The notes beneath the pieces were generated by a model. The model saw nothing but the letters and a program-made list of their open reading frames with translations, had not been told where the DNA came from and made no database searches. Position numbers and translations under genes: made by a program. Of a stretch of 64,000 nt of DNA, positions 48,456 to 60,506 are shown one piece after another. The first letter of the stretch is position 1. Each line of letters opens with the position of its first letter. The stretch is from Macrostomum hystrix (Eukaryota > Animalia > Platyhelminthes): contig CATNEN010000011.1 of the NCBI GenBank assembly GCA_950097015.1, positions 6,200,001 through 6,264,000 on the forward strand, written 5' to 3'.

Positions 48456-48974
48456 CGGTTACCGACAGATGGCACAATTTATAGGACAGGGCGTGGGTGT
48501 TGCCAGGTTTCAGGACTGGCTTTGGTAGGCTGATTTATATATCCAACAGGACTTCAGATTTCAAGGACGACAAGCGAGGTTGCTCAAAGTAGAAACTCTC
48601 GCTTTCTCTCTTCACATTCCTCAGAAATATTTCTATACTTTGTTGTTAGATTTGGATGAACTTTTAGACAGAGAATGACTGCACTTTAAGTGTGATTAGA
48701 GAATCGCATGGATATATCAACTACAAAAATTGAATTGCATGTAATGGCTTCTTTCCCATCTTGCCTATTAGTGACAGATATCAAATACAAGAGCAGCTGA
48801 AAGCCAAAGCGAGAAGAGTGAGTACACTACTCAAAAGCATTGCGAAGCACTCATCTCAATAAAATGTGAAGGCTTAGAAATACTATTTTTGTTAAATATA
48901 TCGAAGAACATATGATCGAAGCTTGCATTAGCGGCACAAATGGTTTTGTCTCACCAAAAAGTCTGTCATGAATG

Positions 48975-51900
48975 TCTATCTCACAGTCTCTATCTCACAG
49001 TCTCTATCTCACAGTCTCTATCTCACAGTCTCTGTCTCACAGTCTCTATCTCACAGTCTCTATCTCACAGTCTCTGTCTCACAGTCTTTATCTATCTCAC
49101 AGTCTCTATCTCACAGTCTCTATCTCAAAGTCTTTATCTATCTCACAGTTTCTATCTCACAGTCTTTATCTATCTCACAGTCTCTATCTCACAGTCTCTA
49201 TCTCACAGTCTCTATCTCACAGTCTCTATCTCACAGTCTCTATCTCACAGTCTCTATCTCACAGTCTCTATCTCACAGTCTCTATCTCACAGTCTCTATC
49301 TCACAGTCTCTGTCTCACAGTCTCTGTCTCACAGTCTCTATCTTACAGTCTCTATCTCACAGTCTTTATCTCACAGTCTCTATCTCACAGTCTCTATCTC
49401 ACAGTCTCTATCTCACAGTCTCTGTCTCACAGTCTCTATCTTACAGTCTCTATCTCACAGTCTTTATCTCACAGTCTCTGTCTCACAGTCTCTGTCTCAC
49501 AGTCTTTATCTATCTAACAGTCTTTATCTATCTCACAGTCTTTATCTATCTCACAGTCTCAATCTATCTCATAGTCACTATCTCACAGTCTCAATCTATC
49601 TCATAGTCACTATCTCACAGTCTTTATCTCACAGTCTTTATCTATCTCACAGTCTTTATCTATCTCACAGTCTTTATCTATCTCACAGTCTTTATCTATC
49701 TCACAGTCTTTATCTATCTCACAGTCTTTATCTATCTCACAGTCTCTATCTAACAGTCTTTCTATCTCACAGTCTTTATCTATCTCACAGTCTTTATCTA
49801 TCTCACAGTCTCTATCTCACAGTCTTTATCGATCTCACAGTCTTTATCTATCTCACAGTCTCTATCTCACAGTCTCTATCTCACAGTCTTTATCTCAAAG
49901 TCTTTATCCATCTCACAGTCTCTATCTCACAGTCTCTATCTCACAGTCTCTATCTCACATTCTCTGTCTCACAGCCTCTATCTCACAGTCTCCATCTCAC
50001 AGTCTCTATCTCACAGTCTGTATCTCACAGTCTCTATCTCACAGTCTCTATCTCACAGTCTCTATCTCACAGTCTCTATCTCACAGTCTCTGTCTCACAG
50101 TCTCTATCTCACAGTCTCTATCTCACAGTCTCTATCTCACAGTCTCTATCTCACAGTCTTTATTTATCTCACAGTCTTTATCTATCTCACTGTCTTTATC
50201 TCACAGTCTCTATCTCACAGTCTCTGTCTCACAGTCTTTATCTATCTAACAGTCTTTATCTATCTCACAGTCTTTATCTATCTCACAGTCTCTATCTCAC
50301 AGTCTCTATCTCACAGTCTTTATCGATCTCACAGTCTTTATCTATCTCACAGTCTCTATCTCACAGTCTCTATCTCACAGTCTTTATCTCAAGGTCTTTA
50401 TCCATCTCACAGTCTCTATCTCACAGTCTCTATCTCACAGTCTCTATCTCACAGTCTCTATCTGACAGTCTCTATCTCACAGTCTTTATTTATCTCACAG
50501 TCTTTATCTATCTCACTGTCTTTATCTCACAGTCTCTATCTCACAGTCTCTGTCTCACAGTCTTTATCTATCTCACAGTCTTTATCTATCTCACAGTCTC
50601 TATCTCACAGTCTCTATCTCACAGTCTCTATCTCACAGTCTTTATCTATCTAACAGTCTTTATCTATCTCACAGTCTCTATCTCACAGTCTTTATCGATC
50701 TCACAGTCTTTATCTATCTCACATTCTCTATCTCACAGTCTCTATCTCAAAGTCTTTATCTCAAAGTCTTTATCCATCTCACAGTCTCTATCTCACAGTC
50801 TCTATCTCACAGTCTCTATCTCACAGTCTCTGTCTCACAGTCTTTTTCTATCAAACAGTCTTTATCTATCTCACAGTCTTTATCTATCTCACAGTCTCTA
50901 TCTCACAGTCTTTATCGATCTCACAGTCTTTATCTATCTCACAGTCTCTATCTCACAGTCTCTATCTCACAGTCTTTATCTCAAAGTCTTTATCCATCTC
51001 ACAGTCTCTATCTCACAGTCTCTATCTCACAGTCTCTATCTCACAGTCTCTATCTCAGTCTCTATCTCACAGTCTCTATCTCACAGTCTCTATCTCACAG
51101 TCTTTATCTCACAGTCTCTATCTCACATTCTCTGTCTCACAGCCTCTATCTCACAGTCTCCATCTCACAGTCTCTATCTCACAGTCTCTATCTCACAGTC
51201 TCTATCTCACAGTCTCTATCTCACAGTCTGTATCTCACAGTCTCTATCTCACAGTCTCTATCTCACAGTCTCTATCTCACAGTCTCTATCTCACAGTCTC
51301 TGTCTCACAGTCTCTATCTCACAGTCTCTATCTCACAGTCTCTATCTCACAGTCTCTATCTCACAGTCTTTATTTATCTCACAGTCTTTATCTATCTCAC
51401 TGTCTTTATCTCACAGTCTCTATCTCACAGTCTCTATCTCACAGTCTTTATCTATCTCACAGTCTTTATCTATCTCAAAGTCTTTATCCATCTCACAGTC
51501 TCTATCTCACAGTCTCTATCTCACAGTCTCTATCTCACATTCTCTGTCTCACAGCCTCTATCTCACAGTCTCCATCTCACAGTCTCTATCTCACAGTCTG
51601 TATCTCACAGTCTCTATCTCACAGTCTCTATCTCACAGTCTCTATCTCACAGTCTCTATCTCACAGTCTCTGTCTCACAGTCTCTATCTCACAGTCTCTA
51701 TCTCACAGTCTCTATCTCACAGTCTCTATCTCACAGTCTTTATTTATCTCACAGTCTTTATCTATCTCACTGTCTTTATCTCACAGTCTCTATCTCACAG
51801 TCTCTGTCTCACAGTCTTTATCTATCTAACAGTCTTTATCTATCTCACAGTCTTTATCTATCTCACAGTCTCTATCTCACAGTCTCTATCTCACAGTCTC

Positions 51901-53430
51901 TATCTCACAGTCTTTATCTATCTAACAGTCTTTATCTATCTCACAGTCTTTATCTATCTCACAGTCTCTATCTCACAGTCTTTATCGATCTCACAGTCTT
52001 TATCTATCTCACATTCTCTATCTCACAGTCTCTATCTCACAGTCTTTATCTCAAAGTCTTTATCCATCTCACAGTCTCTATCTCACAGTCTCTATCTCAC
52101 AGTCTCTATCTCACAGTCTTTATCTATCTAACAGTCTTTATCTATCTCACAGTCTTTATCTATCTCACAGTCTCTATCTCACAGTCTTTATCGATCTCAC
52201 AGTCTTTATCTATCTCACATTCTCTATCTCACAGTCTCTATCTCACAGTCTTTATCTCAAGGTCTTTATCCATCTCACAGTCTCTATCTCACAGTCTCTA
52301 TCTCACAGTCTCTATCTCACAGTCTCTATCTAACAGTCTCTATCTCACAGTCTTTATTTATCTCACAGTCTTTATCTATCTCACTGTCTTTATCTCACAG
52401 TCTCTATCTCACAGTCTCTGTCTCACAGTCTTTATCTATCTCACAGTCTTTATCTATCTCACAGTCTCTATCTCACAGTCTCTATCTCACAGTCTCTATC
52501 TCACAGTCTTTATCTATCTAACAGTCTTTATCTATCTCACAGTCTCTATCTCACAGTCTTTATCGATCTCACAGTCTTTATCTATCTCACATTCTCTATC
52601 TCACAGTCTCTATCTCACAGTCTTTATCTCAAAGTCTTTATCCATCTCACAGTCTCTATCTCACAGTCTCTATCTCACAGTCTCTATCTCACAGTCTCTG
52701 TCTCACAGTCTTTTTCTATCAAACAGTCTTTATCTATCTCACAGTCTTTATCTATCTCACAGTCTCTATCTCACAGTCTTTATCGATCTCACAGTCTTTA
52801 TCTATCTCACAGTCTCTATCTCACAGTCTCTATCTCACAGTCTTTATCTCAAAGTCTTTATCCATCTCACAGTCTCTATCTCACAGTCTCTATCTCACAG
52901 TCTCTATCTCACAGTCTCTATCTCAGTCTCTATCTCACAGTCTCTATCTCACAGTCTCTATCTCACAGTCTTTATCTCACAGTCTCTATCTCACATTCTC
53001 TGTCTCACAGCCTCTATCTCACAGTCTCCATCTCACAGTCTCTATCTCACAGTCTCTATCTCACAGTCTCTATCTCACAGTCTCTATCTCACAGTCTGTA
53101 TCTCACAGTCTGTATCTCACAGTCTCTATCTCACAGTCTCTATCTCACAGTCTCTATCTCACAGTCTTTATCTATCTCACAGTCTTTATCTATCTCACAG
53201 TCTTTATCTATCTAACAGTCTTTATCTATCTCACTGTCTTTATCTCACAGTCTCTATCTCACAGTCTCTGTCTCACAGTCTTTATCTATCTAACAGTCTT
53301 TATCTATCTCACAGTCTTTATCTATCTCACGGTCTCTATCTCACAGTCTCTATCTCACAGTCTCTATCTATCTCATAGTCACTATCTATCTCATAGTCAC
53401 TATCTCAAGTCTTTATTTCACAGTCTCTGT
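48975..53430. repeat. 4.5-kb satellite of 14-bp (TCTCACAGTCTCTA) and 18-bp (TCTCACAGTCTTTATCTA) units with a 1868-bp higher-order duplication
   Basis: Rare variants recur 1868 bp apart: AAGGTC 50391/52259, CAAACAG 50852/52720, CTCAGTC 51054/52922. Confidence 0.97.
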
Positions 53431-53451
53431 CTTAATTTATTCATCTCCAGC

Positions 53452-53580
53452 CCCCCAGTCCATGGACTGAACAGTAGTACGCAGTCTTCAAATGTTCCGC
53501 GCAATAGTTTCGGCTGTGCTGTGTGGCTGCACATCTGGCCCAATGGGGGCAGGTGTAATTAAATATTATTATTACTTTTA
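53452..53580 (+). mobile_element. SINE family 2 3' part with ATT tail
   Basis: CAGTCCATGGACTGAACAG..CACATCTGGCCC..GGCAGGTGTAATTAAATATTATTATT. Confidence 0.75.
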
Positions 53581-54177
53581 GCCGCTAAATAATAATCTAT
53601 AGCAAATAATAATATTATTTTCAGTCCTCTCTGAGCACTGCAGCTCAGCAAACAAAATCAAAGTAGAGCAGAGTGAGCAAACGAAAAGGAACAAGATTAT
53701 ATTTAGAGAATGTAAGTTGCAGTAAGCAGGGGGGTAGTTTAGTTGCCCTAATCGGGGGTGAGAAATTACGGTTAGCAATCCTCTCTCGTAGGAGAATAAA
53801 AATACTTTGGCAAAGAGCGGAATGGAATAAGAAGTTAGGTCAATTGCACATCGAATCTCGTTTGTGCGTAATTAAATTTTCGGACATTGTAATGCATGTA
53901 TATGGGAGCATGAGTGTCTTTTTGCACTTGTGTGTTGGGCGTGGCTGTAGGTTTATAGATTGTAGATTATTGGTATTGGAGAGAAAGCACTTTAGCAAAT
54001 CATTCATTTTTAAAACGCCTATTGAACAACTGCCCTTGTCCTAGGCTCTCATGATAATTATTGGCTCTCAAGTAATGAGCGATTATCACTCGACTGATCA
54101 ATTCGAGCGAGATAAACTTAATTCTTTATTCTCATCGGAACCAATTTGCTTCGTTTTTTTAGATTGTGAAACTATCG

Positions 54178-54432
54178 AGATGAATGTACAATGGATGTAC
54201 AGTGGATGTACAGTGAATGTACAATGGATGTACAGTGGATGTACAGTGAATGTACAATGGATGTACAGTGGATGTACAGTGAATATACAATGGATGTACA
54301 TTGGATGTACAGTGAATGTACAATGGATGTACAGTGGATGTACAGTGAATGTACAATGGATATACAGTGAATGTACAATAGACGTAAAGTGAATGTACAA
54401 TGGATAAACAGTGAATCTACAATGAATGTACA
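54178..54432. repeat. 11-bp minisatellite with a 33-bp higher-order unit (GAATGTACAATGGATGTACAGTGGATGTACAGT)
   Basis: Direct inspection of the tandem units. Confidence 0.93.
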
Positions 54433-54444
54433 TTTAAAGATCTA

Positions 54445-54640
54445 ATTAGGCCAGATGTGCAGCCGACAGCACAGACGAAACTATTGCGCGGAACATTTGA
54501 AGACTGCTTACTACTGTTTAGTCCATGGACTCGGGAGATGCCACACACCCACCCTTAATTACCCCTGGTATTTTGATTCAAGAATCGAACCCCCGACTTT
54601 CACATCGTGAATTTGACGCTCTAATGACTAGACTAAAACT
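54445..54640 (-). mobile_element. SINE family 2 copy, near full-length
   Basis: The tRNA-like head is at 54575-54640 (GGGGGTTCGATTC on the minus strand) and the body is inverted relative to 53452-53545. Confidence 0.75.
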
Positions 54641-55431
54641 CACTAAAGATGGCAAATATTTACTAACTATTTCGCCAAGAAACAGCTAAGTTACACTCGA
54701 AAAACCAAAAGTCCAGAGTCAAGCCGAGTGCCGTATTCCAAAGTGCCGTATTCGAATAATCTAGCCAATAAAGCAACTCTATTGGCAGTTTTCACTGACA
54801 GGAAGCTCGCTAAAAGCCGATTCAATCAATCCAAATCAATCGATTTCAACTCCTAATAAAATAAGCCTCGAAATTTCTATGAAAAATGCAATGGCACTGG
54901 ACTATAGAGTTACTCTGTGGGTTTTTTAATTTCTCGATTCCAACAGATAAGCGCCCTCCGATACGAATCAATCTTCCGCTCTTCCTCAAACGAAAAACGC
55001 AGTAAAGATCCTCTTTTAGAGGATCAAAAAAAGGCGAGGATTTCAATTTGGCCGCAATTTCACTTTCCAATGAGGAAAGAGAGGCTGCGCCGTTTCCTGG
55101 GGATTAAAATTGGCGCTGTCTGGAGAAGATTTTTTCCCTGGATCAGTGAAACCCAGCTGAGGACGCTTTCCAGGAAATTGCTGATCCCATATCCCGATTG
55201 GCGCAGTTGCCGGGGGCGGTGGGATTATTGTTCGGGTAGGCAGGCAGGCCCTCTAGGAAGAAGTCAAGCGGATAAAAGATCAAAGGCGCAAATTTGTAAA
55301 ATCTGGGACTCGACCCGTGAAGGCGACCTGGTCGACTGATCACTTCATGGGTAAATGTACTTTTCAATTGATAAACGAGCACTTCGTGTTTTATCAGTCC
55401 TGTCTGCTCTGCTCGTTCTCTCTGGATGAAA

Positions 55432-55434
55432 GGC

Positions 55435-55510
<76 letters not shown>

Positions 55511-55594
55511 ATTGTGTCTGTCTGTCTGTCTGTCTGTCTGTCTGGCTGTCTGGCTGTCTGTCTGTCTGTCTGGCTGGCTGGCTGGCTGTCTGAC

Positions 55595-55668
<74 letters not shown>

Positions 55669-55683
55669 TCTGGCTGTCTGTCT
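55432..55683. repeat. (CTGT)n/(CTGG)n microsatellite
   Basis: Tetranucleotide run. Confidence 0.97.
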
Positions 55684-56542
55684 GAAGTGCGCATGATAGT
55701 ACAGTCACAGTTGATAATGCAGTTGACGCATTTAGAGAATTTCAAGCAAATAATTCTAAACCAACCGATTAGTATCGAAGCAATTCCCTATGGATTCAAG
55801 CCAGCACTTGGCCAGATACTGGGGCACTGAGAACATTGAACAGCTGCGAAATTCAAGGCTGGTAGAAGTGTGGGAACATTGGAAACAAAAAAAACGAAAG
55901 TTTTCTGCTGGCAGAACTGTGGAATTCGTTTCAGCCGAGACAGTAGCTGTTGATGCACTCGAGCAAGCTTGCATTAGAATTCTAAATTAGCTTTTTCGCG
56001 TTTATCATAGCAACAGCAGCAGCAGCATTAACTGTTACTATTTCCAGAGTCCCTGTTGCAAACTAAACGGTCAAGACAAATATTCCCAAGCACCCTCCGA
56101 AACCCTGTTGCTGGCATAAACTTCTGCGTAAGCAATGCTCCCATAGTTCGTCATTGCCCGTTCGCTTTTTCCTTCCTTCTTGTCAGTTATCTCCAGCAGC
56201 CGAGGTCTGCTCTCTAGCCAAGGAAGCAAGCAATTAAGTGCTTCAGCTGCCAACCGCAACAGAAATAGGAGCCGCCTGTTTTGGTGAGGGAAACAGAGGC
56301 TTATATAAGTGGACTCCAACCCACAGTCTTTTTCTCCTGAAAAAAACTTAATGAGACAATTTCATTCCCTATAGCCCTATAGGGCAGAGAAGATTTTGCC
56401 GATTGCTTTTGATACAACCTTTGATTCTTTCTAGGGATGAGCTTAATTAGGCTTAGAGTATCAGCTTGTGAGTTCGCAGCTGTGAGCACAAACAACTTTT
56501 ACTACTGTGTCTATTGTACATATTAGTTCACCCTTTAGTCAC

Positions 56543-57289
56543 CTCTCTGATCTACTCTATGATCTACTCTCTGATCTACTCTCTGATCTACTCTCTGATC
56601 TACTCTCTGATCTACTCTCTGATCTACTCTCTGATCTACTCTCTGATCTACTCTCTGATCTACTCTCTGATCTACTCTCTGATCTACTCTCTGATCTACT
56701 CTCTGATCTACTCTCTGATCTACTCTCTGATCTACTCTCTGATCTACTCTCTGATCTACTCTCTGATCTACTCTCTGATCTACTCTCTGATTTACTCTCT
56801 GATCTACTCTCTGATCTACTCTCTGATCTACTCTCTGATCTACTCTCTGATCTACTCTCTGATCTACTCTCTGATCTACTCTCTGATCTACTTTCTGATC
56901 TGATCTACTCTCTGATCTACTCTCTGATCTACTCTCTGATCTACTCTCTGATTTACTCTCTGATTTACTCTCTGATCTACTCTCTGATCTACTCTCTGAT
57001 CTACTCTCTGATCTACTCTCTGATCTACTCTCTGATCTACTCTCTGATCTACTCTCTGATCTACTCTCTGATCTACTCTCTGATCTACTCTCTGATCTAC
57101 TCTCTGATCTACTCTCTGATCTACTCTCTGATCTACTCTCTGATCTACTCTCTGATCTACTCTCTGATCTACTCTCTGATCTACTCTCTGATCTACTCTC
57201 TGATCTACTCTCTGATCTACTCTCTGATCTACTCTCTGATCTACTCTCTGATCTACTCTCTGATCTACTCTCTGATCTACTCTCTGATC
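56543..57289. repeat. 12-bp minisatellite (CTCTCTGATCTA)
   Basis: About 62 units with one phase slip near 56895. Confidence 0.97.
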
Positions 57290-57961
57290 CAATCATGTTT
57301 TGCTTGTTTGCACTTTTGGCAGATCGCTTCCACCCACACAGCTGAGTAACAGGATCTGGCAAGTATTTGGAAAGACACTGAAATTTAGTTGCAAAAATGT
57401 AGACGTAGCAGTGCCACGCAGGGATTGATTGCAGGTCAATATTTTCCCAAGCCGTGGCCTCACAAAGCTTATGTTTTGGCTTTTGCCTCCAACGATTGAG
57501 GACAGAGGAACCAGATCTCGATATTTAATCCTTAAATCCGTTAAGAGCAGCTGAAAATATTGTTTTCCGCTAGGAATTTTCTGTCAACAAAATTTATAGA
57601 ATCGTGCTACTTAAAGTAGAACACAATATGCTAAGCCACACAAAACTTTTTTTGCGAATTTTTAAGTAGCAAAGCGACGCTGATATTGCTATTGACTAAT
57701 GAAATAAAAAATAGTGTAAGAAAAGTGATTTCTATTGGCTAGTCTACTAAAACTAAATTTGACGGTACATTGAAGTACTTGTGCTAATATTTCCTGAAAT
57801 AAATAAGTATTTTGTGCGAAAAATGCTAGTCTATGTTATTGAGAATAAGTAGCATGTCGTGCGAAGAAAAAAGGCATCCGATACTGCAGTTAGATAGTTC
57901 AAGTGGCCTTTAAAAACATAATTTCCTACTAAATAAAATTATTAAAACGCCACTTGAAATT

Positions 57962-60370
57962 TTGGAGAGTGTCCTGAAGGGTTGGAGTGAGTCCTGAAGA
58001 GTTGGAGTGAGTCCTGAAGAGTTGGAGTGAGTCCTGAAGAGTTGGAGTGAGTCCTGAAGAGTTGGAGTGAGTCCTGAAGAGTTGGAGTGAGTCCTGAAGG
58101 GTCGAAGGGTTGGTGAGTGTCCTGAAGGGTTGGAGAGTGTCCTGAAGAGTTGGAGTGAGTCCTGAAGAGTTGGAGTGAGTCCTGAAGAGTTGGAGTGAGT
58201 CCTGAAGAGTTGGAGTGAGTCCTGAAGGGTCGAAGGGTTGGTGAGTGTCCTGAAGGGTTGGAGAGTGTCCTGAAGAGTTGGAGTGAGTCCTGAAGGTTCG
58301 AAGGGTTGGTGAGTGTCCTGAAGGGTCGAAGAGTGTCCTGAAGAGTTGGAGTGAGTCCTGAAGGGTCGGAGAGTGTCCTGAAGGGTTGGAGAGTGTCCTG
58401 AAGGGTTAGAGAGTGTCCTGAAGGGTTGGTGAGAGTCCTGAAGGGTTGGAGAGTGTCCTGAAGGGTTGGAGAGTGTCCTGAAGAGTTGGAGTGAGTCCTG
58501 AAGGGTCGAAGGGTTGGAGAGTGTCCTGAAGGGTTGGAGAGTGTCCTGAAGAGTTGGTGAGAGTCTTGAAGGGTTGGTGAGAGTCTTGAAGGGTTGGGGA
58601 GAGTCTTGAAGGGTTGGGGAGAGTCTTGAAGGGTTGGAGTGAGTCCTGAAGGGTCGAAGGGTTGGTGAGTGTCCTGAAGGGTTGGAGAGTGTCCTGAAGG
58701 GTTGGAGAGTGTCCTGAAGGGTTGGGGAGAGTCCTGAAGGGTCGAAGGGTTGGTGAGTGTCCTGAAGAGTTGGAGTGAGTCCTGAAGGGTCGAAGGGTTG
58801 GAGTGTCCTGAAGGGTTGGAGAGTGTCCTGAAGGGTCGAAGGGTTGGTGAGTGTCCTGAAGAGTTGGAGTGAGTCCTGAAGGGTCGAAGGGTTGGTGAGT
58901 GTCCTGAAGGGTTTGGGAGAGTCTTGAATGGTTGGAGAGTGTCCTGAAGGGTTGGTGAGTGTCCTGAAGGGCTGGAGAGTGTCCTGAAGGGTTGGGGAGA
59001 GTCTTGAAGGGTTGGGGAGAGTCTTGAAGGGTTGGGGAGAGTCTTGAAGGGTTGGGGAGAGTCTTGAAGGGTTGGGGAGAGTCTTGAAAAGGGCTGGAGA
59101 GTGTCCTGAAGGGTTGGGAGAGTCTTGAAGGGTTGGTGAGTGTCCTGAAGAGTTGGAGTGAGTCCTGAAGGGTCGAAGGGTTGGAGAGTGTCCTGAAGGG
59201 TTGGAGAGTGTCCTGAAGAGTTGGTGAGAGTCTTGAAGGGTTGGTGAGAGTCTTGAAGGGTTGGGGAGAGTCTTGAAGGGTTGGGGAGAGTCTTGAAGGG
59301 TTGGAGTGAGTCCTGAAGGGTCGAAGGGTTGGTGAGTGTCCTGAAGGGTTGGAGAGTGTCCTGAAGGGTTGGAGAGTGTCCTGAAGGGTTGGAGAGTGTC
59401 CTGAAGGGTTGGAGAGTGTCCTGAAGGGTTGGAGAGTGTCCTGAAGGGTTGGGGAGAGTCCTGAAGGGTCGAAGGGTTGGTGAGTGTCCTGAAGAGTTGG
59501 AGAGTGTCCTGAAGGGTCGAAGGGTTGGTGAGTGTCCTGAAGAGTTGGAGTGAGTCCTGAAGGGTCGAAGGGTTGGTGAGTGTCCTGAAGGGTTTGGGAG
59601 AGTCTTGAATGGTTGGTGAGTGTCCTGAAGGGTTTGGGAGAGTCTTGAATGGTTGGAGAGTGTCCTGAAGGGTTGGTGAGTGTCCTGAAGGGCTGGAGAG
59701 TGTCCTGAAGGGTTGGGGAGAGTCTTGAAGGGTTGGGGAGAGTCTTGAAGGGTTGGGGAGAGTCTTGAAAAGGGCTGGAGAGTGTCCTGAAGGGTTGGGA
59801 GAGTCTTGAAGGGTTGGGGAGAGTCTTGAAAAGGGCTGGAGAGTGTCCTGAAGGGTTGGGAGAGTCTTGAAGGGTTGGGGAGAGTCTTGAAGGGTTGGGG
59901 GGAGTCTTGAAGGGTTGGGGAGAGTCTTGAAGGGTTGGGGAGAGTCTTGAAAAGGGCTGGAGAGTGTCCTGAAGGGTTGGGAGAGTCTTGAAGGGTTGGG
60001 GAGAGTCTTGAAGGGTTGGGGGGAGTCTTGAAGGGTTGGGGAGAGTCTTGAAGGGTTGGGGAGAGTCTTGAAGGGTTGGGGAGAGTCTTGAAAAGTTGGG
60101 GAGAGTCTCGAAGGGTTGGGGAGAGTCTTGAAGGGTTGGGGAGAGTCTTGAAGGGTTGGGGAGAGTCTTGAAGGGTTGGGGAGAGTCTTGAAGGGTTGGG
60201 GAGAGTCTTGAAGGGTTGGGGAGAGTCTTGAAGGGTTGGGGAGAGTCTTGAAGGGTTGAGTTTTAAAAGCGTCTAAGGAGAGTCTTGAAGGGTTGGGGAG
60301 AGTCTTGAAGGGTTGGGGAGAGTCTTGAAGGGTTGAGTTTTAAAAGCGTCTAAGGAGAGTCTTGAAGGGT
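57962..60370. repeat. 2.4-kb G-rich ~19-20-bp satellite (GAGTCCTGAAGAGTTGGAGT to GAGTCTTGAAGGGTTGGGGA)
   Basis: The unit drifts from left to right toward GGGTTGGGG-containing forms. Confidence 0.97.
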
Positions 60371-60506
60371 GCCTGGGCAAGATTGGTCAGTGAGTCAAAA
60401 AGTACAAATAGGTTCCGAGAGAAAAGCTACAAAAGGACTCAGATTTCGCGAACAGAAAAGTGTTCACAGCGAGTCAAGTCAACACGCTTCAATGTCTCAG
60501 TGGACA

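Noticed and set aside
48940-52131. 1063-aa ORF, and similar long ORFs at 3699-4898, 7558-8475, 37438-39834, 40349-41125 and 56507-57362
   Set aside because: These are translations of tandem arrays with low-complexity periodic peptides, overlapping in several frames and often inside introns of real genes.
54917-56319. Short protein-like ORFs (54917-55339 +, 55790-55990 +, 56071-56319 -)
   Set aside because: I recognised no motif and could not build a consistent splice model. They may be unannotated exons or decayed element sequence, but cannot be called without a search.
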